Shown: one piece after another, positions 16,364 to 23,931 of the stretch
Layout: the number at the start of each line of letters is the position of its first letter
Position numbering within the stretch: the stretch's first letter is position 1
DNA from: Candidatus Hodarchaeota archaeon
GTDB lineage: Archaea; Asgardarchaeota; Heimdallarchaeia; Hodarchaeales; Hodarchaeaceae
DNA length: 24,000 bases
Assembly (NCBI GenBank): GCA_016839785.1
Contig: JAEOTQ010000106.1
Span: 5,535-29,534, forward strand
Direction of reading: 5' to 3'
Program-made: the position numbers and the translations under genes
Notes under the pieces: generated by a model
Told to the model about the DNA's origin: nothing
What the model saw: the letters and a program-made list of their open reading frames with translations, nothing else
The model's database searches: none

Positions 16364-16753
16364 TTATAAGAGAGTACGGGCCTTTTTTAAATCATCTACT
16401 CCAATGATTAACCTGTTATTTTCAGCTAAGTAAATCAAATCAATATTTATCTCTTCCTGAGCCAATTTACGAAATATGCTTCCCCCAGAACCAGGTTTTG
16501 TGACTATATTTTTGATTTCGATAACTAGGACCTCTCGCTGATCCTTAATCGTAAAACCAGCTCGTTCCAGAATATTATATGCTTTACCCGCTTCTTCAAC
16601 CAGAATATGAACTATATCTTCTGCTTCACATAAGGCCCCGGAAAGACCTTCTATATTAATATTTTCTTTACCTAGTGTTTCTCCTAAAGCAGCGAGAGCA
16701 CCAGGCTTATTTTCTAATACAATAGCAATATCCTTCAATTTAAAACTCCTCAC
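16364..16753 (-). CDS. ACT domain-containing protein (two ACT-like halves), small-molecule-binding regulatory protein
   Basis: The first half, IAIVLENKPGALAALGETLGKENINIEGLSG, has the ACT beta-alpha-beta signature with the ligand-loop Gly. The second half is VLVIEIKNIVTKPGSGGSIFRKLAQEEINIDLIYL. The track start is GTG 16753. An alternative TTG at 16738 is preceded by GAGGAG. Confidence 0.65.
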   Translation of the reverse strand: MRSFKLKDIAIVLENKPGALAALGETLGKENINIEGLSGALCEAEDIVHILVEEAGKAYNILERAGFTIKDQREVLVIEIKNIVTKPGSGGSIFRKLAQEEINIDLIYLAENNRLIIGVDDLKKARTLL

Positions 16754-16843
16754 ATTTAATTTTCCTTTTTAAAGAGACGTTATGATATATATAGTTTCCT
16801 GTCGCTACATCCTTCCAATATGAAAATTCATCTATATCCAAAT

Positions 16844-16850
16844 AAAAAAA
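16844..16850 (-). terminator. Oligo-T tract (T7 on the minus strand) ~40 nt downstream of the GNAT stop; candidate archaeal-type terminator
   Basis: The plus strand reads aataaaaaaacc, which is an A7 run and therefore T7 on the coding strand of the GNAT gene. No convincing hairpin is present. Confidence 0.3.
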
Positions 16851-16888
16851 CCATCAAGAATTTACTTGTGAGTTCCTAGATGAGCTAA

Positions 16889-17410
16889 TTAAAGGTTCTT
16901 TTCCATGTATAGCCAAAAGGGTTTCATTTTATCAAGTATTTCAGATCCAGGATATTCTTCTCTTTCAATGAACCCTAAAGATTGATACATACGACGTGCA
17001 CTTTCCATAAAAGGTCCAGTATTAAGATAAATTTTTGTAAAACCTAATTTTTTCGCTTTTTTCAGTAATTGTTGTAGCATCTCTTTTCCTAATCCTTTTC
17101 CACGATATTTTTGCCTTATATACATCCGTTTAATCTCTCCAACATCTTTATTGATATTTCGAAGAGCACCCATACCTGCGACTTCCTCATCTACATACAA
17201 TAGATAAGCAATTCCCTCTGGAGGGGTAAAAAATGCAAATTCGTCAACAATAACATCAGCAAAATCACGGTAGCTTAAATCATTCGTAGGAAGAATTTGA
17301 ATATCATATTTCTCCCTAATTTCAGTATATACCCAAGTAAAAAACTCTTCGTTTAAATCAACCAGTATCGATCGATGACTTTCTAGATCAATTATAACAA
17401 AATTTGACAT
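16889..17410 (-). CDS. GNAT family N-acetyltransferase
   Basis: The acetyl-CoA binding motif A is IRQKYRGKGLGKEMLQQLLKKAKKLG (R/Q-x-x-G-x-G/A; nt ~17087-17116). Motif B-like sequence is ARRMYQSLGFIE. The size of 173 aa is typical for the family. Confidence 0.85.
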   Translation of the reverse strand: MSNFVIIDLESHRSILVDLNEEFFTWVYTEIREKYDIQILPTNDLSYRDFADVIVDEFAFFTPPEGIAYLLYVDEEVAGMGALRNINKDVGEIKRMYIRQKYRGKGLGKEMLQQLLKKAKKLGFTKIYLNTGPFMESARRMYQSLGFIEREEYPGSEILDKMKPFWLYMEKNL

Positions 17411-17546
17411 TACTTACCATCTTCTAAAACCATTTTAGATTTTTTTCCAAACCAAACAAATGGAATTCTAATTTCAAAGGATAAGAGTAGGTAATTAGTA
17501 ACTTAGGAGATTTGGGATGAATTTCCTGGTGTTTCTCTTGGTAAAA

Positions 17547-18086
17547 TCATTTATATAGCTGTAAGAACTGGTATTTTTCAGGATCAACTTCTTTAATAGC
17601 TTCAGCAGCACGATTAATATCAATTTGGACTATTGGTTCGAATTTTTCACTCAATTTTTGGGGATCCTGGATTTTCTTTGTCACAGAATAAAGAGTTGCC
17701 CACAGGTGGTCTTTAAATAAATCAACTGCTTTTTTCGAATCAATCTTGAATAAGGGTTCAAAATTTTCCCGAAAAGATTGCACATCACGAGTATCTGTCC
17801 CCGAGAAAATCAAAATGTCCCAGATATGTTCTTTGACTTTCCCTGTGTCAATTTTGACAATTGCTTCAAATTCTGTCTTCAATTCGTTCGGATTCTTTAT
17901 CTCTTTTGTCAAAGAATATAATTTAGACCACAACGGAGCTTCAACTAGTTTGATCGCTTTTTTTGATTTAATTTTAAATACTGGTTCGAGTTTTTTCCTA
18001 TAAGCCTCCTTGTTTCCAATGTCACTAATGGAGGAACATAGCATTATCCAGAATTGGTTTTCGATCTTTTCTTTGTACTCTCCCAT
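17547..18086 (-). CDS. Hypothetical cytoplasmic protein built from four ~38-40-aa helical repeats (two ~76-aa double units)
   Basis: A clean ATG-started ORF with no TM segment or signal peptide. The internal repeat core (L/F)EP(V/L/I)(F/V)(K/Q)I(D/K)xx(K/R)A occurs four times: LEPVFKIKSKKAIKLVEAPLWSKLYSLTKEIKNPNELK, FEAIVKIDTGKVKEHIWDILIFSG, FEPLFKIDSKKAVDLFKDHLWATLYSVTKKIQDPQKLS and FEPIVQIDINRAAEAIKEV. I recognise no known family. Confidence 0.6.
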   Translation of the reverse strand: MGEYKEKIENQFWIMLCSSISDIGNKEAYRKKLEPVFKIKSKKAIKLVEAPLWSKLYSLTKEIKNPNELKTEFEAIVKIDTGKVKEHIWDILIFSGTDTRDVQSFRENFEPLFKIDSKKAVDLFKDHLWATLYSVTKKIQDPQKLSEKFEPIVQIDINRAAEAIKEVDPEKYQFLQLYK

Positions 18087-18226
18087 AACATCACCATTTT
18101 GAATCTCTTCTATTTTTTCTTTTAAAAACCTATATGTCAGAAATACCCGTGAACTTAGCTATGGTAGCAAATACTATAGTGTCTCTAGTTTGGGTAACCA
18201 AATCTTGAGAGAGATAAATTCGATTA

Positions 18227-18364
18227 TTCAATACTTTGATTTTTTCTATTTAGTACCATCAGTATAAGAATTGGTAGAATAAAAACAAAGGCAGTTACTG
18301 AATTCTCAGTTGATGTCGTTGGTTCTTCATAATTTTCATGGTCAAAAATTGCTGGAAGAACTAG
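18227..18364 (-). pseudogene. Possible relic of a surface-protein C-terminal anchor (46 open codons, no start codon)
   Basis: My reverse-strand translation is LVLPAIFDHENYEEPTTSTENSVTAFVFILPILILMVLNRKNQSIE*, with the stop at 18224-18226. It has the same acidic/Thr-Ser linker, hydrophobic helix and basic tail layout as the C-termini of the two surface proteins at 464-6262. It is bounded upstream by a stop (18365-18367) and has no ATG, GTG or TTG. Confidence 0.25.
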
Positions 18365-18558
18365 TTAGTAAAAGTAAAAACCGAATCCCTTGTGAAGTAG
18401 ATCTTTTTTCAACTTCCTTCAATCCATTCTAGAGGCATATCTGCCTGACTAATTACCTTCATTCTCGGAGGTTTATGTAGGTTAAGGTACTGATAATCAC
18501 GTTCGAATAAAACTTAAACTAATGTTTATTACAAATGTTCTTTTATTGGGTAAAGAAA

Positions 18559-19287
18559 ATGCAGTCACAAGACATTTTTAAAATTATTAATAATAGACGA
18601 TCGATAAGGAAATTTACTGAAAAACCAATTTCGAAGGAAATCTTGGAAAAAATACTAATCGCTGGACAAAGAGCACCTTTTGCGTTTCAAGGATGGAGTG
18701 TAGTATATACAAGAAAGCCAGAAAAAATGAAATTGAAAATAGGGGTGTATCCCATGACTAAAGTATTGATGTTCTTCTTACTTGATTTAAATATTATTGA
18801 GAAAATCATTAATCAGCGGGGGTATGACTATGATGCCGAAGATGCCAATACCATGTGGTTGGCAATTCAAGATGCTACTCTTGCATCGGAAAACGTAATT
18901 TTAGCAGCTGAGGCAATGGGTTTAGGCTCTGTATTATTGGGTGCAACACCAAAACGATATGAAGAAATCAGAGAGGTTTTTAATCTTCCGACCAGGGTTT
19001 TTCCTATTGTAGGATTATGCTTAGGGTATCCTGATCCTGAAGCATTAATGGAGGTAAGGCCAAGGTATCCTCTGAAGTATATGGCGTTTGAGGATGAATA
19101 TAAGGACCCTAATGAGGAAGAAATTAAGGAATGCATGAAAGCTATGGATGAAGGCTACAAAACACAGGGATACTATATCAAAAATCAGGCCAAGATTCCG
19201 TTAGACGAGAAATTTGGTGAAGATAAATATGATTATGATAAATATTCCTGGTCAGAGCATGACTGTATTTGTCAGATAACTAGTTAG
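18559..19287 (+). CDS. Nitroreductase family protein (FMN-dependent NAD(P)H oxidoreductase fold)
   Basis: The ORF track gives 18535..19287. The ATG at 18559 produces the typical N-terminus MQSQDIFKIINNRRSIRKFTEKPISKEILEKILIAGQRAP. The R-R-S-x-R-x-F FMN-binding signature lies at nt 18595-18615. Later conserved stretches are DATLASENVILAAEAMGLGSVLLG and PIVGLCLGYPD. The exact start is uncertain. Confidence 0.8.
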   Translation: MQSQDIFKIINNRRSIRKFTEKPISKEILEKILIAGQRAPFAFQGWSVVYTRKPEKMKLKIGVYPMTKVLMFFLLDLNIIEKIINQRGYDYDAEDANTMWLAIQDATLASENVILAAEAMGLGSVLLGATPKRYEEIREVFNLPTRVFPIVGLCLGYPDPEALMEVRPRYPLKYMAFEDEYKDPNEEEIKECMKAMDEGYKTQGYYIKNQAKIPLDEKFGEDKYDYDKYSWSEHDCICQITS

Positions 19288-19702
19288 AAACTAATCCTGG
19301 ACAGGATGAGTCACACATCCACTATCCGCAGGGTAGCAACAAGAGAAGGTATGCCGTCCATTGGGACTACTTGAATCAGATCTTCTGGCAACATCCCAAA
19401 AATCACGAATTTTGTTTCAATTTTGGCCATTTTTCTCTTGCCTTTGACGGGTAACTCGTCTAACGTAGTTACAAGAGAAGGGGGCTTAAAAGTTAGGGAA
19501 AATTTTTTGTCATCACCTCGGATTGAGGAAGTAAGGGACGGAGGCCTTTTAAGGTTGAGAGAGAGAGGTCACCGAATACGAGATATCATACATTGTCGGA
19601 CAAAAATGATCATGGAATTCGAGGTCCGCTAATTATTGAACAACTGAAAAAAGCAGGCTTTAAGCTATAAATTTACTTATCGGACTAAACTATATTATTT
19701 TC

Positions 19703-19710
19703 TTTTTTTT
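19703..19710 (+). terminator. T8 tract in the long non-coding gap; candidate oligo-T terminator
   Basis: The sequence is tcttttttttccg. It lies ~75 nt downstream of the locally G+C-richer patch at 19440-19630. Confidence 0.25.
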
Positions 19711-19952
19711 CCGACAACAAGTAATTCATATTGTTGGCTTGTACCTTAGAAACAGGTCATGAAGTGGTTTTGGAATCCAAAAATAACCCATTGGCTCTTC
19801 TATATCCACTTCTAAGGAGTAATTCCACCGACATTATACTAGAGAATCTGATAATATTCCGCTTTCTAGAACACCTGTTCTAATCAGTAGTATCTTAAGA
19901 TATGATAGATTAATTTAGTTGAAGTCTTGCTTTAAACAACTCATAGCAGTTC

Positions 19953-20410
19953 ATGGAGAAAAGTGAATTGATTTCAAAAGGAGTTGTGTTTACCCTCATC
20001 TCTATATTCCCTCTAATCGTTGGAACAACGGTTGCTTACGTCATATTTCAACAACAACAGAAGAGAATCTTGTCACAATCAATACTGAAATATCCCTTTA
20101 CATTGGGGAATCAGTAATTATCAAAGAACATGAGATTAAACTGAAGTTTGTGGATGTAATAGATGATTCCAGGTGTCCAAGCGATGTAGAATGCGTATGG
20201 GAAGGAACAGTGTCATTAGTGATTAATATACGCTACAATAGTCAGGATCTAGGCAATTTTATTTTAAACTCAAGTAATTTACACAAAGCTTCCTTTATGG
20301 GATATTATGTGAAGTTAAAGGTGCTGGAACCCTATCCTATCTCAACAGAGATCATTCCTAAGTCATCGTATCATGCCACCTTTCGGATTGCTGAATACGG
20401 ACCAGATTAG
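19953..20410 (+). pseudogene. Small membrane-anchored protein with a 'DSRCP...C-V-W-E-G' beta-rich ectodomain, apparently split by a 1-nt frameshift (a pseudogene or an assembly error)
   Basis: Frame A (ATG 19953 to TAA 20115-20117, my translation) reads MEKSELISKGVVFTLISIFPLIVGTTVAYVIFQQQQKRILSQSILKYPFTLGNQ*, an N-terminal TM anchor. A second frame is open from ~19968 and reads ...HISTTTEENLVTINTEISLYIGESVIIKEHEIKLKFVDVIDDSRCPSDVECVWEGTVSLVINI..., running into track ORF 20150..20410 (GTG). That ectodomain has no plausible start codon of its own. Adding one nt near TTT 20046-20048 joins the anchor to a TTTEE linker and the domain, giving about 152 aa. Confidence 0.5.
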
Positions 20411-20456
20411 GTTGAATCTTCAGGTTTAGGCTATTTAGGAAGATATTCCTCGACTG

Positions 20457-20464
20457 TTTTTTTT
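20457..20464 (+). terminator. T8 tract ~47 nt downstream of the stop at 20408-20410; candidate oligo-T terminator
   Basis: The sequence is cgactgttttttttaatcc. There is no strong hairpin, which is consistent with archaeal-type oligo-T termination. Confidence 0.35.
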
Positions 20465-20751
20465 AATCCAATAACTTTAGGGATTACAGGTATTAATTCG
20501 AACCGATTTTCCCTTAATTTTACAGTTATGCTTCTTTAACTAAACTGAGTATTAAAATCCCTTCTCTCTTACATTAGAAAAGTTATAATTCCATATATAG
20601 AGTTAACCGAGCGTTTAAGTGTGTTTAAAATTGGAAAATCTAATTTGATCAATAGAATTACAAAATAAAATTGATTTACGAAGAGTGAATCAATCCTCCT
20701 ATAAAGGAATCAATTTCCTGAGAATATAGTGTGTATGGAGATGTTATTTGA

Positions 20752-21780
20752 TTGAAGGTATCTAACCAGGTTTTCGTCATCACCCTTATTTTGAGCACGA
20801 TACCCTTAGGCTTAGTTATTCTTCAACTTCAAAATGATGAAACAATTACTCCCAATGATGATTTTTTTGAATTATCGATCGGCAATATACCGACAATAAA
20901 TGTATCTACTTGGTTAATGCCAATAGAGGGTGAAATTGAAAATCCTGTTGTCTTTTCCTATGAAAATTTAACCTCCTTACCAACTCTAACGATTAATGCC
21001 ACTTTAAGAAGTGTAAGTGGAAATTCAGGAAGAGCAGAATGGCGTGGAGTTCCATTAAAAAATATATTAGATACAGTTCGACCTACTGAAAATGCTTATG
21101 ATGTGGTTTTTTATGCCGCTGATGGATACACTTCTTCATTAACAATAGAAGAAATTAACACCTCGGAAATTCTTCTGGTATTTGAAATGAACAAAGAAAC
21201 CTTACCAGCAGGTCAGGGTTTTCCGCTAAGAGTTATTGCACCCGGGTACTATGGCTACAAGTGGGTAAAATGGTTGATAAAAATCGATATTGTAGAAACT
21301 GATTATATTGGGTTTTGGGAATCTAGAGGATGGAATGATAATGCTCGATTTTCTATTGAACGTGATTGGTCAGTACATGCCCTTCTATTTTCAATTTCAT
21401 TTATGTTCGGCGTAGCATCAATGATGACGGGATTAAAATTTTCTAGAACCTCAATATTATTTAAGGATCTACCACGATTTATGAATCGGAGATTTCACCA
21501 CTTTTTATCATTAACATACGTGATTTCAGCTTTCATCGTGTTTATTTATTGGATCATTCAGACGTTAATCGATCGGGGGAGGATTTTTTATACACCACAT
21601 GGAATTGTTGGATTTATTTCTATATTGTTGCTGTTAGTAACTGCAATAACTGGGATGAAGAGAGTTATTAGAAATCCTGAATATAAAGGGGTTCATCGTG
21701 GATTATACTTTTGGGCAGTCTTCGTTTTCTTAGTTTCCATTGTATTAGGGTTGTTGCTTTCCATAGTTTTTTTCTATTAA
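20752..21780 (+). CDS. Fusion of an N-terminally anchored molybdopterin-oxidoreductase-like (sulfite oxidase/MsrP-YedY fold) domain with a C-terminal 4-TM His-bearing (b-type cytochrome-like) module; contains no cysteine
   Basis: TTG start. The N-terminal hydrophobic anchor is VFVITLILSTIPLGLVIL. Oxidored_molyb-like motifs follow: WLMPIEGEIENPVVFSYENLTSLP, AEWRGVPLKNILD, VVFYAADGYTSSL, LLVFEMNKETLPAGQGFPLRVIAPGYYGYKWVKWLIKIDIVETDYIGFWESRGW. Four hydrophobic helices then each begin with a His: H209, H249/H250, H283 and H315. The 342-aa translation contains zero Cys. Confidence 0.75.
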   Translation: MKVSNQVFVITLILSTIPLGLVILQLQNDETITPNDDFFELSIGNIPTINVSTWLMPIEGEIENPVVFSYENLTSLPTLTINATLRSVSGNSGRAEWRGVPLKNILDTVRPTENAYDVVFYAADGYTSSLTIEEINTSEILLVFEMNKETLPAGQGFPLRVIAPGYYGYKWVKWLIKIDIVETDYIGFWESRGWNDNARFSIERDWSVHALLFSISFMFGVASMMTGLKFSRTSILFKDLPRFMNRRFHHFLSLTYVISAFIVFIYWIIQTLIDRGRIFYTPHGIVGFISILLLLVTAITGMKRVIRNPEYKGVHRGLYFWAVFVFLVSIVLGLLLSIVFFY

Positions 21781-21874
21781 TCCTATCATTTTCCTAATTC
21801 ATAGTCATTGTCTTTTTGTATTTCCAAAACGCTAGACGTTGGTTAAGGTATGAAGAATCTGGACTAGCGTATAA

Positions 21875-23911
21875 CTAATTTTCAATGACGAAAAAAATCC
21901 GAAATTTATCGCTGAGAGGAACATTCTTGAGATATAGCAAGTAGCTAACAAGGAAGCTCGAGAGAGCACCGTTTACTGAATTATCATTTACAACAGAAAA
22001 TAATTCGTCTTTGTTTGAATAATGTTTAAAAATTTTCACCGCAACCTTATAGGGGGATAGATTCAGAGTAGCTTTTAAGGGAGGCAAATCGATACGTTTC
22101 ATGATGGGTCCAAGGTTCTTTTCTTGGGAAAATAAAACAAACTGGATGGCGAAATTGGTTGAAAAATTTATTAAGCGTTTTCTACCTGGTGTTGGATTGA
22201 AAAGTAGTTTGATATTGTCGATTGAAGGACTATTCCGCAGGAATACAAGGAATTTCACAACCTCAGGTATTGTAGTGAAGCTTTGGAAGTCTAGTTCAGA
22301 TTTAATAGCAGAAAGCCACCAAGACAAGAAAGTATCTTGATTAAGATTGGAAGCGACAAACCAATTCCAGTCTTTCTTGAAGAGATGTTTTTGTGAGAGG
22401 TAAGTATCGCCAATTAAACCAAAGAATTCATCTAGAATGTTTGCACTCCCAAAGTGACGTAAGAGAGCGGGAGGATATGTAAACGAGGGCCAGAGTTCGT
22501 TGTATGAATATTTAATTTTCCCATTGACTGATGACCACGTATGGTTTAACGTGTCCTTCGAGGGGTGTATATAATCGTAAATTCTTGTTGCTTTGATAAT
22601 AAGACAAGAATCGAAGAGGCTACTAAGCCCAGCATCATCAGCTCGCTTTAATGTGATACGGATAGTTTCAGGAGTCGTTTCAGGGTGTCCTAAAAAGATG
22701 TTCCAAGATTTCAGGAAATCTCCAGGATTTAATGATTGGGGAGCTCTGAATATTCGTTCCTCCAAGGAAAAATACTTTTTCCCGCTGTGCCTGAACTCTT
22801 CTTTAATCACCTCTTTTGTTTGAGTGAAAAATTTGATAATCTCATCACTCTTTAGAGGGGGATTAATCGTTGCAAGATTGTGATCATCAAGAGAAACGAC
22901 ATCAGTAGATCCTCCACAAAAACCTGCTTTTCTGATGTGTTTGACTTCATCCACAGAGAAAGTCATCAGGTGCAAGGTGTACCACGATATTTTCTCGTAA
23001 TCCTCCCTCTCTTTATTAATTTCCAGTATACGATCTGCAAGATTCATAACAAACTCATTGCTCTCAGTATTAATTTCAGAGCAAATGAAAAACAGTTTAT
23101 TCAGTTGATACTTTCTAAGAAAGTTGATTTCATCTACTATAACATCTAAATCGCGGTATTGTACCTTTTTCCCTACAACCAAAGGTTCAGAGCAAAAGGA
23201 ACAAAGCTTTGGACAACCCCGAGACACTTCTATGGGAACACTAAGCTCCACATCCTCCCCTACAAACCGAGAATAGAATGCCTGTCGATTCTCAATAATC
23301 TCTGCAGTATATTCTTGACGTGAAGCAGGAGGGAAAAACTTGGAAGGACCTCTCTGAAGAGTCTCTGCTTGATAATAAATGAGATTAGCAATCTGATCTA
23401 AACTTTCTTGCACTAAAACGTCTTCAAAGTGTTCAAAAAAGGCATCAGGACCTCCAATAACACCATAATCGGGTTTAAGATATTTCATTAATTTTTCGGG
23501 CATAACAGAAAAACCATATCCCCCAATAACAATCGGTATATGTATCAATTTTCGAAGTGTTTGAATTAGATGTTTTGTTGCTTCGATTGGATAATATGAT
23601 AATGGTTCTTGCGATCGAGAAACGATAGGTTGGTGATAATTATAATTAGTAGGTAGTTTACTATACCTATCTACCTCCACTGTGTCTGTGTTTCTCAAGG
23701 TAATTAATATCATATCAAAAGAGGTTTTCTGCAGTAATTTCTGGAGATAAACTTCCCATTGATCTTCCGGAATCCCATACATATCGTTAGGGACAGTATG
23801 AACCCCATATCTATCTGCAATCTCTGAAACTTGCACGAACGCATAAGGATATAGCAACGCAGTTTTGAGATTGCTTGCATTAAGTAAAAGGATAGCTCTT
23901 TGAGGGCCCAT
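21875..23911 (-). CDS. B12-binding-domain radical SAM protein (class B-like) with ~250-aa uncharacterised C-terminal extension
   Basis: The CxxxCxxC cluster motif is SRGCPKLCSFCSEP (Cys233/237/240; nt 23192-23215). The N-terminal ~190 aa read as a Rossmann-like B12-binding-type domain (AILLLNASN..., IPIVIGGYGFSVMPEKLM, GVIGGPD). Residues ~430-678 have no motif I recognise. A GGGG(T) Shine-Dalgarno-like element lies ~7 nt upstream of the ATG. Confidence 0.85.
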   Translation of the reverse strand: MGPQRAILLLNASNLKTALLYPYAFVQVSEIADRYGVHTVPNDMYGIPEDQWEVYLQKLLQKTSFDMILITLRNTDTVEVDRYSKLPTNYNYHQPIVSRSQEPLSYYPIEATKHLIQTLRKLIHIPIVIGGYGFSVMPEKLMKYLKPDYGVIGGPDAFFEHFEDVLVQESLDQIANLIYYQAETLQRGPSKFFPPASRQEYTAEIIENRQAFYSRFVGEDVELSVPIEVSRGCPKLCSFCSEPLVVGKKVQYRDLDVIVDEINFLRKYQLNKLFFICSEINTESNEFVMNLADRILEINKEREDYEKISWYTLHLMTFSVDEVKHIRKAGFCGGSTDVVSLDDHNLATINPPLKSDEIIKFFTQTKEVIKEEFRHSGKKYFSLEERIFRAPQSLNPGDFLKSWNIFLGHPETTPETIRITLKRADDAGLSSLFDSCLIIKATRIYDYIHPSKDTLNHTWSSVNGKIKYSYNELWPSFTYPPALLRHFGSANILDEFFGLIGDTYLSQKHLFKKDWNWFVASNLNQDTFLSWWLSAIKSELDFQSFTTIPEVVKFLVFLRNSPSIDNIKLLFNPTPGRKRLINFSTNFAIQFVLFSQEKNLGPIMKRIDLPPLKATLNLSPYKVAVKIFKHYSNKDELFSVVNDNSVNGALSSFLVSYLLYLKNVPLSDKFRIFFVIEN

Positions 23912-23931
23912 GCGTTTTACCCCGAAATAGA

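Noticed and set aside
17746-19136. Track ORFs 17746..18003(+) and 18867..19136(-)
   Set aside because: They are antisense to the repeat-protein and nitroreductase genes respectively and have no motifs.
19311-19430. 39-codon minus-strand ORF MAKIETKFVIFGMLPEDLIQVVPMDGIPSLVATLRIVDV*
   Set aside because: It has an ATG start but is very short, has no recognisable motif, and overlaps the start of the equally doubtful 69-aa ORF. Coding cannot be supported from the sequence alone.
19423-19632. 69-aa track ORF (TTG start) MAIFLLPLTGNSS…RERGHRIRDIIH…
   Set aside because: It has a TTG start with no SD-like element and an odd Arg/Gly-rich composition that simply mirrors the local G-rich DNA. I see no motif. 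The region is treated as possibly non-coding RNA or leader, which I reported as a low-interest finding.
19288-19640. RNase P CR-I-like string (gaggaagtaaggga), T-loop-like strings (here ggaattcgaggtcc; also cacgttcgaataa near 18500), and UGAUGA/CUGA box C/D-like strings elsewhere (e.g. 11226, 15721)
   Set aside because: None sits in the correct context. The CR-I consensus GAGGAAAGUCC is not met. No acceptor, D or anticodon arms can be drawn around the T-loop-like strings. The C and D boxes are not in the correct order or spacing with terminal stems.
22101-23149. Track ORFs 22101..22340(+), 22593..22823(+), 22880..23149(+)
   Set aside because: All are antisense to the radical SAM gene and probably spurious.
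21875-23911. Assigning the radical SAM enzyme to a specific function (archaeal tetraether/ring synthases, RiPP maturase, methyltransferase)
   Set aside because: Only the generic CxxxCxxC motif and the B12-like domain are visible. No precursor-peptide ORF, no extra Cys clusters and no lipid-pathway neighbours are in the window. A specific assignment would be a guess.
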